Shown piece by piece: positions 48,781 to 57,917 of a DNA stretch of 64,000 bases (its first letter is position 1; the number at the start of each line of letters is the position of its first letter). The stretch is taken from the IMG/VR virus record IMGVR_UViG_3300042878_000903, positions 32,001-96,000 of that record, one strand, 5' to 3'. This DNA comes from a virus. The notes beneath the pieces were generated by a model that saw only the letters and a program-made list of their open reading frames with translations, made no database searches and was not told the origin of the DNA. The translations under genes were made by a program, and so were the position numbers.

Positions 48781-49680
48781 TTACATCATTCCTTTTTCTG
48801 CTTTAGCATCAGATGGGACACCAAATTCTTTAGCATCAAATGGGACACCAAATTGTTTTTCATCATATGGGACACCAAATTGTTTTTCAACATGTTCCTC
48901 ATATGTAACTGGAACTCCGTCATTAAAATAAACCATGTTTCTTTTATCATCGTATTCAATTCTTTGTTGCTCCATTTTTGCCCACTTGTAAGCACCAAAT
49001 TTTCTTTGGTTTGCAAGCCATTCTTCTGTGCCATTATGAGGAGTCATTATAAAGTTTCTAACAAAAAATTTCTCATTGCTGTTAATTGTTTTTACCCCAT
49101 GATAGTATGGCTCTGTTGATGGAAATACTAAAATATCTCCAGCCTTTGGCTTATGATTAATAAATTGCCCATCAATATAAAACTCTATATCTCCGCCATC
49201 GTAATCATCATTAATATACATTGTGCAGGTAATTGAAAATTTCTCCCCAGGCATATCTTTTTGTGATGTTATGTGATCTGTATGATATTGCATTGTAAGC
49301 TTACTTTTAAGATTATCAACTCCTGCATGATATTTAGAATAAGATGATCCGCTAAAACGCCAGCCTTCTGGCAATTTTATATTGTGTCTTTCTATGTAGT
49401 CCGCTATAACCTTACTATATGCCGATTCAACTTCTTCAACGAATGCCTTTTCTTTAATAAACATTTCTGTAGATTGAATTTCTGCAGAAACTTCTCTCAT
49501 ATCTTTTTTCTGAGTATACGTTCCAAAATGGGCCCAAGGATCCCAGGTCTTTAAAAAATACTTTCCTTCTGAAGTTTTTTCTGAAGAATTCATGACTTCA
49601 TATAGTTGTGCTGGATCTTTTAAAACATTTCTATAAACATCAACTTTTGGGTACAGTTCTATATAGTCTAATTGGCTCAT
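48781..49680 (-). CDS. 2OG-Fe(II) oxygenase (P4H-like) #3 with C-terminal 9-aa repeats
   Basis: HTD, YINDDYDGG, HGV......KF; start refined to MSQL. Confidence 0.9.
   Translation of the reverse strand: MSQLDYIELYPKVDVYRNVLKDPAQLYEVMNSSEKTSEGKYFLKTWDPWAHFGTYTQKKDMREVSAEIQSTEMFIKEKAFVEEVESAYSKVIADYIERHNIKLPEGWRFSGSSYSKYHAGVDNLKSKLTMQYHTDHITSQKDMPGEKFSITCTMYINDDYDGGDIEFYIDGQFINHKPKAGDILVFPSTEPYYHGVKTINSNEKFFVRNFIMTPHNGTEEWLANQRKFGAYKWAKMEQQRIEYDDKRNMVYFNDGVPVTYEEHVEKQFGVPYDEKQFGVPFDAKEFGVPSDAKAEKGMM
48802..48889. repeat. 27-bp tandem repeat x3 encoding K(Q/E)FGVP(Y/F/S)D(E/A)
   Basis: Units start at 48802, 48829 and 48856. Confidence 0.9.
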
Positions 49681-50354
49681 GGTTGTTTTTCTCCCGTATG
49701 TTTTTGTATCGTCCAAAAGAATGGAGATGTAAATCTATTTCCAGAGATTACTGGACGTACTCCATGTGTATAATTCATATCACCTGGAAAAAAATATGCT
49801 GCTCCTGCAACTGGCTGAAATTCAATTCCGTGCTGTGGGAAATATAATTCTCCGCCTTCATAGTCATCGTTAAAATAAAATAAGCCAGCCAAATCATACC
49901 AAGGAAAATCATTTGCTCTTCCTTTTTCTGGGCCAGAATGAAATTCTTTATCTGCATGCGGCTCTTGTCTGGCACCAACAGGCCATCTAACAATTGCTGG
50001 ACCAGTTTCTTTTGCATCAACATTAAAAAATGCATCTACTTCTATTTTAAGTCTTGCTATCATGCTATAAATTAATTCTAATATCGATGGGTCTGACGCC
50101 ATTAAAGAATTGTAGGTGCAAACTCTATTTTCCCAAACTGTGTGGTCATATAAAACTAGGCCATCGGCATCTCTATGGGTTTCTGTTATGTCCCAAATTT
50201 TATTATTAAGGGAAAAGTCCATCAATCTTTTACGCTCTTCTATTGTAAGGAAATCTTTTATTTCTACTATGTTATTTATGGAATTACCAAAAAATCCAGA
50301 CGGAGTAATAGATTTTGGCTTTTGATCTTCTGTCCATTGGTTTGCTAGCTTCAT
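49677..50354 (-). CDS. 2OG-Fe(II) oxygenase (P4H-like) #2
   Basis: HAD, YFNDDYEGGE, HGV......RF; leaderless promoter TGATATAAT at 50361-50369. Confidence 0.9.
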   Translation of the reverse strand: MKLANQWTEDQKPKSITPSGFFGNSINNIVEIKDFLTIEERKRLMDFSLNNKIWDITETHRDADGLVLYDHTVWENRVCTYNSLMASDPSILELIYSMIARLKIEVDAFFNVDAKETGPAIVRWPVGARQEPHADKEFHSGPEKGRANDFPWYDLAGLFYFNDDYEGGELYFPQHGIEFQPVAGAAYFFPGDMNYTHGVRPVISGNRFTSPFFWTIQKHTGEKQP

Positions 50355-51079
50355 TTATCTATTATATCATTTCCCTTGTTTAATTCATGATTGACTTTAA
50401 GCCTAATAGCTTTTACTTGATGACCGCCTAGGACATTTTTAAGGTGATCTACAGCATCTCTATAAAAATTAGACCAAATTGCTTTTCTGTTTAAATCGTA
50501 AATAACATTAGAATACTCGTTAGAGTCAAATTTAGGGTCTGGCAAAGACTCTACTTTATCAAAATTTATTTCTGAGTTTTGTAAAGCCTCTAAATCTATT
50601 GGTAGTATAGCAATTATTGGTGTTCCTGCTTTTATGGTAATAACTTCGTTTGGTTTAGTTATCATCCAGGCACATGGCAATTCTCCTCTAAAAAATGATG
50701 TACTCATTAAGGTTGTAAAAGGAACGGCACCGTCAATGAATAAATTTGGAACTGGCATAGATAGAAGACTTAAATTTTCTTCAGTAGAAAACATTAGGCC
50801 CGTATTAAAACTTACTGTTCCATTAGCTCTACCAGAATAAGCATACTTTTCACCAGACAAAATTTTAACGTGATCTGGAGTGCTGTCTGTTACGCCATCC
50901 CATATAAAAGATATATCTTCTGGAAAAGATATTCCCCAGCCAAGCTGGTTAGTGAGTCCTACTGGAAAACATTTATATGCATGAGATTCCCAAGTATTAT
51001 CCATCCAATCTCTTTTAATTGAAAGAGGAAAAACTTCTCCGTAACCATTTCTTATTGTATAGGCTTTAATTTTATGCAT
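50351..51079 (-). CDS. DUF6065-like protein
   Basis: RDWMD...HAYKCFP...NQLGWGI; start refined to MHKI. Confidence 0.7.
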   Translation of the reverse strand: MHKIKAYTIRNGYGEVFPLSIKRDWMDNTWESHAYKCFPVGLTNQLGWGISFPEDISFIWDGVTDSTPDHVKILSGEKYAYSGRANGTVSFNTGLMFSTEENLSLLSMPVPNLFIDGAVPFTTLMSTSFFRGELPCAWMITKPNEVITIKAGTPIIAILPIDLEALQNSEINFDKVESLPDPKFDSNEYSNVIYDLNRKAIWSNFYRDAVDHLKNVLGGHQVKAIRLKVNHELNKGNDIIDK

Positions 51080-51785
51080 ACGAGTTTTTGCCAGTTTTTT
51101 CATCTTCTACTAACCATCTGGCTCGTGCTTCAAAAAATTCTTGTCTGTGAGCATGATCATTATAATCAAGCATTGTTACAATAGAAAACTTCATGCCATC
51201 TTCTACTGGCATTGCTCTATGCGAAAATAGATAGGTAGATGGGAAAATATATAAATCGCCAGCTCTTGGCTTAATGTTTAGACCTAATTTAGGAAAAAAT
51301 AAATTGCCTCCTGCATAATCGTCATTTACATAAGCAACTAATGATACTGTGGCACTATATGAAAATCCGTGGTCGGCATGCTCTTGGAAGTGTTGTCCTT
51401 TGCCGTATCTAATACAGTTCATAACTTCCCAATAATTCATCTTTACACTATATTTAGTACAATAATCTTGAACTGCTACATCCTGTGCTTTTTTTAAATC
51501 AGACCATAAATCTGCAACTAGTTTCTGGGTTTCATTGACTGGATTAATTATCTCTCCAATTTTAATATCTTCACAGTCTCTATATGATGGTCTTTTTTCA
51601 CTATACCCAACAAAACCAAATGTCCAACTGTATCTGGAATCTGCCTCTTTATCAGCAGAATTTCCTATTGCGTTTAATCTATTAATAACGTCTAAATCTT
51701 TTTTAATTACATCTCTGTATACCCACACGCCTGGGAAAAGCTCTTCCTTTGAAGAAAATCCATATTGGTCATTTATAGTAGTCAT
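51072..51785 (-). CDS. 2OG-Fe(II) oxygenase (P4H-like) #1
   Basis: RY..GQHF..HAD, YVNDDYAGG, H...PV..G.KF. Confidence 0.9.
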   Translation of the reverse strand: MTTINDQYGFSSKEELFPGVWVYRDVIKKDLDVINRLNAIGNSADKEADSRYSWTFGFVGYSEKRPSYRDCEDIKIGEIINPVNETQKLVADLWSDLKKAQDVAVQDYCTKYSVKMNYWEVMNCIRYGKGQHFQEHADHGFSYSATVSLVAYVNDDYAGGNLFFPKLGLNIKPRAGDLYIFPSTYLFSHRAMPVEDGMKFSIVTMLDYNDHAHRQEFFEARARWLVEDEKTGKNSYA

Positions 51786-51791
51786 GCCTTT

Positions 51792-51820
51792 ATTGTATCA
51801 TTTTGAATTTACAAATACAA
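51792..51820 (-). promoter_or_regulatory. Promoter TTGTAT-N17-TACAAT, leaderless start of the oxygenase cluster at 51785
   Basis: ATG 7 nt after the -10. Confidence 0.7.
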
Positions 51821-51824
51821 TAGC

Positions 51825-51859
51825 AAAAAGAGGGGGGCATTGTGTGCCACCCCTCTTTT
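51825..51859. terminator. Intrinsic terminator between the FN3-Hint gene and the oxygenase cluster
   Basis: AAAAGAGGGG-GGCA loop TGCC-A-CCCCTCTTTT. Confidence 0.8.
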
Positions 51860-51867
51860 ATAGATAT

Positions 51868-53073
51868 TTAAGCTATTACTAGGAAGGAATTAACGATAAA
51901 CCATGGATTTGGAGATGTTCTAACATCGTACACGGTAGATTCTGTTTCACTCTTTTCAACTGAGGTTACTGGAGTTCCTTGGACTAGTCCATTTGAATCT
52001 ACTCCTATGATTATTTCTCCTATCTCAATTTCTCCTGCATTCTTATAGGTAATACCATTTGAGGTTTTTACAAATAACGGCTGGGTTTCTGAGTAGTCTT
52101 TACCTCTGTAATTAAATCCAATTAGCTTTCCAGTTTTTTCTGTTATTGAAATAACTTCTGAATTTGTAAGCTTAACTGTTGATTCTAAATGTCCAGATGT
52201 TTTATTTGCGGTTATAGATTCAAGATTAATATTAGAGTTATCAACTGTTATTACTTGATCTCCAATTTTAATATCTTTAGCTTTTACCCATCCAGTATTG
52301 GTGAAAATAACTGATTCTGGTGATAAACACTTACCCTTAAATCCTGGTGGGGAAAAGAACCCTGGTGGGGCAAAGAACCCTGGTGGGGCAAAGAACCCTG
52401 GTGGGGCAAAGAACCCTGGTGGGGCAAAGAACCCTGGTGGAAAGAACGGTGGAAAGAACGGTGGAAAGAACGGTGCTTGAGTTGTAATTTCCGCTGTATT
52501 TGCTGAAGCTGCTGACCGACCATTAGCATTATCTGCATAAACATTATAATACTGAGATGTATTAGCAGTATCATTGATGGTTATACTTAGGGATGCTGTA
52601 TTTCCATTTGTTCCATCATTACCTGCAACATAGTAGTTAGTTATTGCGGATCCACCATTTGCTGGCTCTGTCCAAGTAATTGTGTTTTGGTTAACTCCTG
52701 CAGTTGCGATTGGGCTTTGTGGAGCTTGAGGTACGGTTGTTGCAGTAATGCTATTTGAGGCAGCAGATGCTGCACCAGTTCCTACTGCATTTGTTCCCGT
52801 TACCGTAAATGTATATGCTGTATTTGATTGTAAACCAGTTACAGATATTGGAGAAGATGCTCCTGAAGCAGTATACGATCCTGGAGAGGATGTTACTGTA
52901 AAGGATGTAGCAGCAGGTGAATTTGCTGGCAAAGAGAACGTTACGTCGGCCCGTCCATTGTTATATGCACGACCAGATGGTACGTTTGTTGCTGTTACTG
53001 ACTCTGGTGCCCGTGGCTCCAAAAAGTCATTTGATGCCTGTGCCTTTTTACCGAATTTCTTACCTACTGCCAT
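51868..53073 (-). CDS. 2x fibronectin type III + PP(G)FF repeat tract + C-terminal Hint domain protein
   Basis: FN3 motifs (VTGL...YTFTVTGTNAVG; W..P.NGGS.IT.Y); repeat tract; Hint starts CLSPES...KDIKIGD and ends VYDV...FIVN. Confidence 0.85.
   Translation of the reverse strand: MAVGKKFGKKAQASNDFLEPRAPESVTATNVPSGRAYNNGRADVTFSLPANSPAATSFTVTSSPGSYTASGASSPISVTGLQSNTAYTFTVTGTNAVGTGAASAASNSITATTVPQAPQSPIATAGVNQNTITWTEPANGGSAITNYYVAGNDGTNGNTASLSITINDTANTSQYYNVYADNANGRSAASANTAEITTQAPFFPPFFPPFFPPGFFAPPGFFAPPGFFAPPGFFAPPGFFSPPGFKGKCLSPESVIFTNTGWVKAKDIKIGDQVITVDNSNINLESITANKTSGHLESTVKLTNSEVISITEKTGKLIGFNYRGKDYSETQPLFVKTSNGITYKNAGEIEIGEIIIGVDSNGLVQGTPVTSVEKSETESTVYDVRTSPNPWFIVNSFLVIA
52339..52476. repeat. 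18-bp (FFAPPG) x5 plus 12-bp (FFPP) tandem repeats
   Basis: cctggtggggcaaagaac units at 52343 (variant), 52361, 52379, 52397 and 52415; ggtggaaagaac units at 52448 and 52460. Confidence 0.95.
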
Positions 53074-53106
53074 TTTGAATCTCCTTTTTAACTATTTAAA
53101 TTTGTA

Positions 53107-54942
53107 TTACGCCATCAAGTCGCCGTAGACAACCCATGTATTTGCTGCTCTCTTAAAGAGAGTACAAGATGACCAGGTTGTACGAAGCTTTAGGCCAGGT
53201 GTTGCGTTAACTGTAACTGTTCCTGATACTGGGGCAATTGTTACTTGTCCAGCTCCAGTTTGAAGAATATCAATAGATGTTCCGATTGGGAAGTCTAGAG
53301 TTGCGTCTTCTGGTATTGTTAAGGTTAGAGGTGATCCTGATCCCATTTCGATTAGATCATCTCTTTCAGTTAGTGATGAAAGTGTATATGATGCTGTTTT
53401 TGCAACGATTGGTGTTAAAGAATCTACCTTTAATCCAAGGCTGGTTGTTACTGATGCTGCAAAGTTTGCGTCATCTCCAAGTGCTTGAGCAAGTTCATCA
53501 AGTGTATTCATTGCTGCTGGTGCACCAGATATAAGTGCGCTTACCTGTGATGTTGCGTCTGCAATTGCTTCAGATTTTGCTGTTGCGATTGCTGAAGACT
53601 GTGCTGTTGATACTGGCTTATTAGCATCAGAAGTATTGTCAACATTTCCAAGTCCAAGTGTTGCTGGTGTTACTGCTGCAACCTCTGACTTAAGTGCTAG
53701 AAGTGCTGTATCTGCAATTCCATGAACATTTGTAGTGTCTGCTTCATGGGCTGAAAGAGCGGTAGCTGCTGCTGTAATTTGTGTTTGAACTGATGATGTA
53801 ACTCCATCTAGGTATCCAATTTCTGTTGAAGAAACTGTACCAATTGATGTTGTACTTGGAAGAGTTACTGTACCAGTAAATGTTGGTGAGGCCAAATCTG
53901 ATTTAGCTGCAAGAGATGCACCTAGTCCAGAAATTTTGTCTTGGTGAATTGCTGCAGTAGCACTTACATGATCATTTGTAATTTGAAGATCTGCAATTTT
54001 TTCTGCAGTTATTGCATCAACTGCAATTTTATCTGCAGTTACTGCACCATTTAGAATTTTTACTGTAGATATTGCATCGGTTGCTAAATCTGCTGTTTCT
54101 ACAGAGCCTGCAGGAAGTGTTACTGATCCTGTTACTGTTAAGTTAGTTAAGCCGATATCTGTTGCTGTAAGGTTTCTAAGCTCAAGATCATCTAGGCCTC
54201 CTTGGCTAAAATTAATTGTAGTGGTTGGTGCATCGGTTACTCCTGTAAAGAGTTTCCATTTATTAGCAGATGCATCTCTTGCAAATCCTGTGTGATTAGC
54301 AACTCCATCATTGTGTTTAGCTACAAATCCTAGATCTAAAGCATTTCCTGCGTTGGTTGATGCTAATGCAATTAGTGGATCTTCTGTTGTAAAGTTAGCT
54401 GTATCTAATGTTACAGTTGTTCCATTAACAAAAAGATTTCCAGCTAATGTTAAATTTTCTCCTGATATGCTTCCACTTGTTGAAATATCTGTTGCTAGTC
54501 CTGTTAGCTTTAATTGTGCCTCTGGAACCTTAATGTTTCCATCAAGTGAAGCAACACCATTTGCTGATCCACGATCTGAATTCTCTAAGTATGTGCTTGC
54601 TGTTGAATTTGTAAGTCCAGTTACTGCTGCATCAACATAGGCTACTGTTGCTACTACTGCTGAATCTACAGAAATTGTAATTGTATTTGCGCCATCATTA
54701 TAAGTCTTTGTTAAACCTGCACCCATTGTAAGTGCTGTATTGATTGCGTCTTGTGAAATTTCTCCAATTTCAGGTGCATCTGCTGCTACGTAAGAAAGGG
54801 AATTCCATGCGGTGGATCCATCTCCAACTTTAATTTTTCTAGTGTTTGTTTCAACGCCTAGCTCTCCTGCTGCAAGTATTGGATTTACTCCAGACCAGTC
54901 TGTTGCTGATCCTCTTCGAACTTGAATTCTTACTGTTGACAT
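53107..54942 (-). CDS. Fibre protein with Mtd/hyaluronidase-like N-terminal anchor
   Basis: RIQVRRG....W...NPILAAGELGVETNT.K.K.GDG...W..L; fibre repeats; ends W.VYGDL. Confidence 0.8.
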   Translation of the reverse strand: MSTVRIQVRRGSATDWSGVNPILAAGELGVETNTRKIKVGDGSTAWNSLSYVAADAPEIGEISQDAINTALTMGAGLTKTYNDGANTITISVDSAVVATVAYVDAAVTGLTNSTASTYLENSDRGSANGVASLDGNIKVPEAQLKLTGLATDISTSGSISGENLTLAGNLFVNGTTVTLDTANFTTEDPLIALASTNAGNALDLGFVAKHNDGVANHTGFARDASANKWKLFTGVTDAPTTTINFSQGGLDDLELRNLTATDIGLTNLTVTGSVTLPAGSVETADLATDAISTVKILNGAVTADKIAVDAITAEKIADLQITNDHVSATAAIHQDKISGLGASLAAKSDLASPTFTGTVTLPSTTSIGTVSSTEIGYLDGVTSSVQTQITAAATALSAHEADTTNVHGIADTALLALKSEVAAVTPATLGLGNVDNTSDANKPVSTAQSSAIATAKSEAIADATSQVSALISGAPAAMNTLDELAQALGDDANFAASVTTSLGLKVDSLTPIVAKTASYTLSSLTERDDLIEMGSGSPLTLTIPEDATLDFPIGTSIDILQTGAGQVTIAPVSGTVTVNATPGLKLRTTWSSCTLFKRAANTWVVYGDLMA

Positions 54943-54990
54943 TTTTTCTCCCTTTGTTACTTTATATTAGATTATTATACCATTATTTAT

Positions 54991-55524
54991 TTATACTAAA
55001 GTGCCTGAATCAAAAGTTAATTCGTACACTAAAGTGTCTGGGTATCCACCATTTGCATATTTATTTGCCGATGTTGAAACCCCGTTGCCTTGAACTGTAT
55101 ATACTGGTTGACCATTGTAATCAATTGCAAGACCTATATCCATGAAGCTTATATCTGGGGTTGCTTCCCAGTCTACGTTTCCAGAATCAAAAACCATTCC
55201 ATAAGTTGGAGTTGATGGGCTTCCGCCATCAGCAAATTTAGTTGCTGTTGTAGATACCCCATTAGCTTGAATTGTATAGATTGGCTCACCATTGTAATCA
55301 ATTGCAAGACCTACGTCCATTAAATTGATCATTGTGTTTTCGTCTGGAACTTCTGAATTTAAAGCTATTGGCATCCATTGGCCATTTAGCTGAATTTGTA
55401 ATTTGTTTGTTACGGTATCAAATCTTAAGGGAGTAGACCCTAATACAACATTAGACTCAAACGTAGCAGTGCCTGCGACATTTAGTCCATTCTTAACTCT
55501 AAAATTCTTATTTACTGTTGCCAT
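54991..55524 (-). CDS. Virion protein with internal 59-aa duplication
   Basis: KNFRVKNGL N-terminus; two MD(V/I)GLAIDYNG...FDSG units. Confidence 0.7.
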   Translation of the reverse strand: MATVNKNFRVKNGLNVAGTATFESNVVLGSTPLRFDTVTNKLQIQLNGQWMPIALNSEVPDENTMINLMDVGLAIDYNGEPIYTIQANGVSTTATKFADGGSPSTPTYGMVFDSGNVDWEATPDISFMDIGLAIDYNGQPVYTVQGNGVSTSANKYANGGYPDTLVYELTFDSGTLV

Positions 55525-55593
55525 TTAAGTTCACATATCCCCTAAGTGTTTTTTGTGGGGAGATTTCAGGCTCTCCCCAGGCCGTTTATTTAA

Positions 55594-56748
55594 TTATTTA
55601 AGAAGTGTTCCAGATACTTTAACTGTTGAGTTATCTACTGGAGTTACTCTTATTCGTACATTTGAACCTGATACGTCTGCTGTGATAGTTCCTCTTGATC
55701 CATTAGTTCCGACAATTGCATATTCTGTAACTGCTACATTGTCTGACGAGTCTAGTGTTATTAGAACCTCTGATACTTCATTGTGTGTTGCGTTGTCAAT
55801 TTTAACAAGAACTTTGGCTGAGCGGTAGTCTGCCTTTGCCCACTCATAAGCTGTTCCAGCAACTGATGCTGTTCCAGATGATGAAGCTGCAAATTGCTTA
55901 GCTTGATCATTTACGTTTAATGCTGTAAATGCTGTTGTTCCGTTTTGCTGTGCTGTATTAGCGGCTGCTGCTGTTGCTTCTGCTGCTGCTTGCGCTGCGT
56001 TGGCCTTAGTTGTTGCGTCTGCTGCTGCAGTTGATACTGAAGCTGCGTCGCCTGATACTCTAAGTGCTGCTTCTGCTGCTATGTCTGTAGCAACTTGGGC
56101 TGAGGTAGCTTTTGTTGCAAGAGCTGTTGTAATAGTTGTTGTGTAATTAGCATCATCATTAATTGCTGCTGCTAATTCATTTAATGTATTAAGAAGGTCT
56201 GGTGCGCCATCTACTAATGTGCTTACTGCGCCAGAAATTGCTGTGTTACGATTTGAAACCTCTGTTGATATTGCAGATGAAAGAGCGGCTGCTGCTGTTG
56301 CTTCTGCTGCTGCTTGCGCTGCGTTAGCCTTTGTAGTTGCGTCTGCTGCTGCTGTAGCTACTGAAGCTGCGTCTCCTGATACTCTAAGTGCTGCTTCTGC
56401 TGCTACCTTAGTAGTTGCATCTGTTGCTGCAGCTGTAATTGCTGCAGATTGCGCTGCGTTAGCCTTTGTAGTTGCATCTGATGATGCTGCAGAAATTGCT
56501 GCAGACTGAGCAGATGAAGCTGATCCATAAGCGTCAAATACGTTAGCCTTTACTGTAAGATTGCCTGCACCATCGACTGCAAATGTTCCTGCGTCTACGG
56601 ATTTTACAAGAGTAGCACCGCCAACAAGGTTGAGGATGTAAGCATTTCCGCCTGTTTCTGTAAGTATATTTTGACCATTGATTGTACCTGTAGCACCCTC
56701 AACTATAAGGCCTGATTTAATTCTAAAGTTTTTTACTACTGTTGCCAT
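55594..56748 (-). CDS. Ala-rich coiled-coil fibre protein
   Basis: KNFRIKSGL N-terminus; DATTKANAAQ repeats; C-terminal YRSAK...SEVL beta domain. Confidence 0.75.
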   Translation of the reverse strand: MATVVKNFRIKSGLIVEGATGTINGQNILTETGGNAYILNLVGGATLVKSVDAGTFAVDGAGNLTVKANVFDAYGSASSAQSAAISAASSDATTKANAAQSAAITAAATDATTKVAAEAALRVSGDAASVATAAADATTKANAAQAAAEATAAAALSSAISTEVSNRNTAISGAVSTLVDGAPDLLNTLNELAAAINDDANYTTTITTALATKATSAQVATDIAAEAALRVSGDAASVSTAAADATTKANAAQAAAEATAAAANTAQQNGTTAFTALNVNDQAKQFAASSSGTASVAGTAYEWAKADYRSAKVLVKIDNATHNEVSEVLITLDSSDNVAVTEYAIVGTNGSRGTITADVSGSNVRIRVTPVDNSTVKVSGTLLK

Positions 56749-56778
56749 TTTATATGACTCCTCTTATTGCTTTTTTTG

Positions 56779-57336
56779 TTATGCTTTAAGCGTTGTTCTG
56801 ATATATCTTACTGAGATAGAACCAGAAACAGGGGTGACTCTTAAACTAATTATACCTGAGTTTTCTTCAAAGGTATAAGAAAATAAACTAGTGTTTGTGT
56901 TTGAGATAATGTTTGATTCTGAAACCATTATGTCTGTTCCGTTATGAGAAACAAGAATTTCTGATGTATAAACATCGGAATTTTTTGTCACCTGAATGTT
57001 ATATTTAGCTGTTCTCCATACGCTCTTTGAAAAAGAGTCTACGTTTGTAGCGTTTTCAATACCATAGACTGCAAGGTCATTGTTGCCTTCTAATCCAAGA
57101 AGCTCTATAACGTTGTCTGTGCTATTGTCTAAATTGATTAACGTAGTTTCAATAGTAGATACTTTGTACGTCAGTGATGCAGGATCTGTTGAACCGTTTA
57201 CACCAACTTTTGTTTCTAATGCTTCAATGGCATCATTTGCATTTATATGTTGCTGCGAATGAGATGGTGATGATAGCTCGTCGGAAGAATTAGGATTAAC
57301 TAATTGATCTAAGCTAGATGGATAATTGGTGGCCAA
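56779..57336 (-). CDS. Virion fibre/adaptor protein
   Basis: ATNYPSSLD...H...H...NDAIEALETKVG; C-terminal domain similar to that of 55594-56748. Confidence 0.7.
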   Translation of the reverse strand: MATNYPSSLDQLVNPNSSDELSSPSHSQQHINANDAIEALETKVGVNGSTDPASLTYKVSTIETTLINLDNSTDNVIELLGLEGNNDLAVYGIENATNVDSFSKSVWRTAKYNIQVTKNSDVYTSEILVSHNGTDIMVSESNIISNTNTSLFSYTFEENSGIISLRVTPVSGSISVRYIRTTLKA

Positions 57337-57409
57337 TTGACTACCCCCTATGTGTAATTATGTTGCTTAGATAATTATACCTTATTATTTTTTACAAAGA
57401 AGGTTTATT

Positions 57410-57649
57410 TTACCATTTTGACAATGGGCAGGTTGCTGCTTCCATTGCTGTCTTCATTTTCATTAGACAGCCACATTGTTTACATTGTGTAGTTAATGAT
57501 ATGAACTCAGGACATCCCCTGCAAATATTTAGTCTTTGTTCTTTTTTTTCATCAGTAGTCCATACGGTATTTGGATTTAGCATATCCCATGGCTTGACGG
57601 TATTTGGATCAACTAGGTTTGCTTTTATTGTTTTCCACCTTGAAGTCAT
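57410..57649 (-). CDS. Small six-Cys protein (DUF6171-like)
   Basis: R..IC..C...QC..CGC.M..KT......CP..KW. Confidence 0.7.
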   Translation of the reverse strand: MTSRWKTIKANLVDPNTVKPWDMLNPNTVWTTDEKKEQRLNICRGCPEFISLTTQCKQCGCLMKMKTAMEAATCPLSKW

Positions 57650-57651
57650 AA

Positions 57652-57882
57652 TTAATCCTTGTTAAATGATGTGCCGTTCCATTTCCATCCAGATGCTGGG
57701 GTTGGAAGTTGTGATATTTCTATAGGCAAATCTGTAAAATTTATTATTTTAGGGTTACTTGATAGTCCTGATCTTAATATTTCTGTTTGAAAGTCTCCTG
57801 TTGGTATAGCAAACCATCCAGCAAACTCATTATCAACAAGAACAAAAAATACTTCTCCGTCAATATCTCTTTTTATAGACAC
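57652..57882 (-). CDS. Small hypothetical protein ending GWKWNGTSF
   Basis: GTG start with AAGGAG RBS; TGCTATAAT promoter at 57903-57911. Confidence 0.7.
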   Translation of the reverse strand: MSIKRDIDGEVFFVLVDNEFAGWFAIPTGDFQTEILRSGLSSNPKIINFTDLPIEISQLPTPASGWKWNGTSFNKD

Positions 57883-57917
57883 GGTAAATCTCCTTTTTTA
57901 AAATTATAGCATAAAAA

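Noticed and set aside
47374-51785. Oxygenases as TET/JBP- or AlkB-type DNA-modifying enzymes
   Set aside because: The Y(L/V)NDDY.GG and P..G....FP motifs fit the P4H-like 2OG-FeII_Oxy_3 class and the genes lie among virion genes; not favoured, though not experimentally excluded.
52339-52476. Direct-repeat array as a CRISPR array (a Cas4-like gene is present)
   Set aside because: Repeats are contiguous with no spacers and are in-frame coding; the Cas4-like gene is a stand-alone nuclease in the recombination module.
55557-55578. GGGGAGA/TCTCCCC hairpin as a terminator
   Set aside because: On the coding strand it is followed by an A-run rather than a U-tract; at most a stabilising hairpin.
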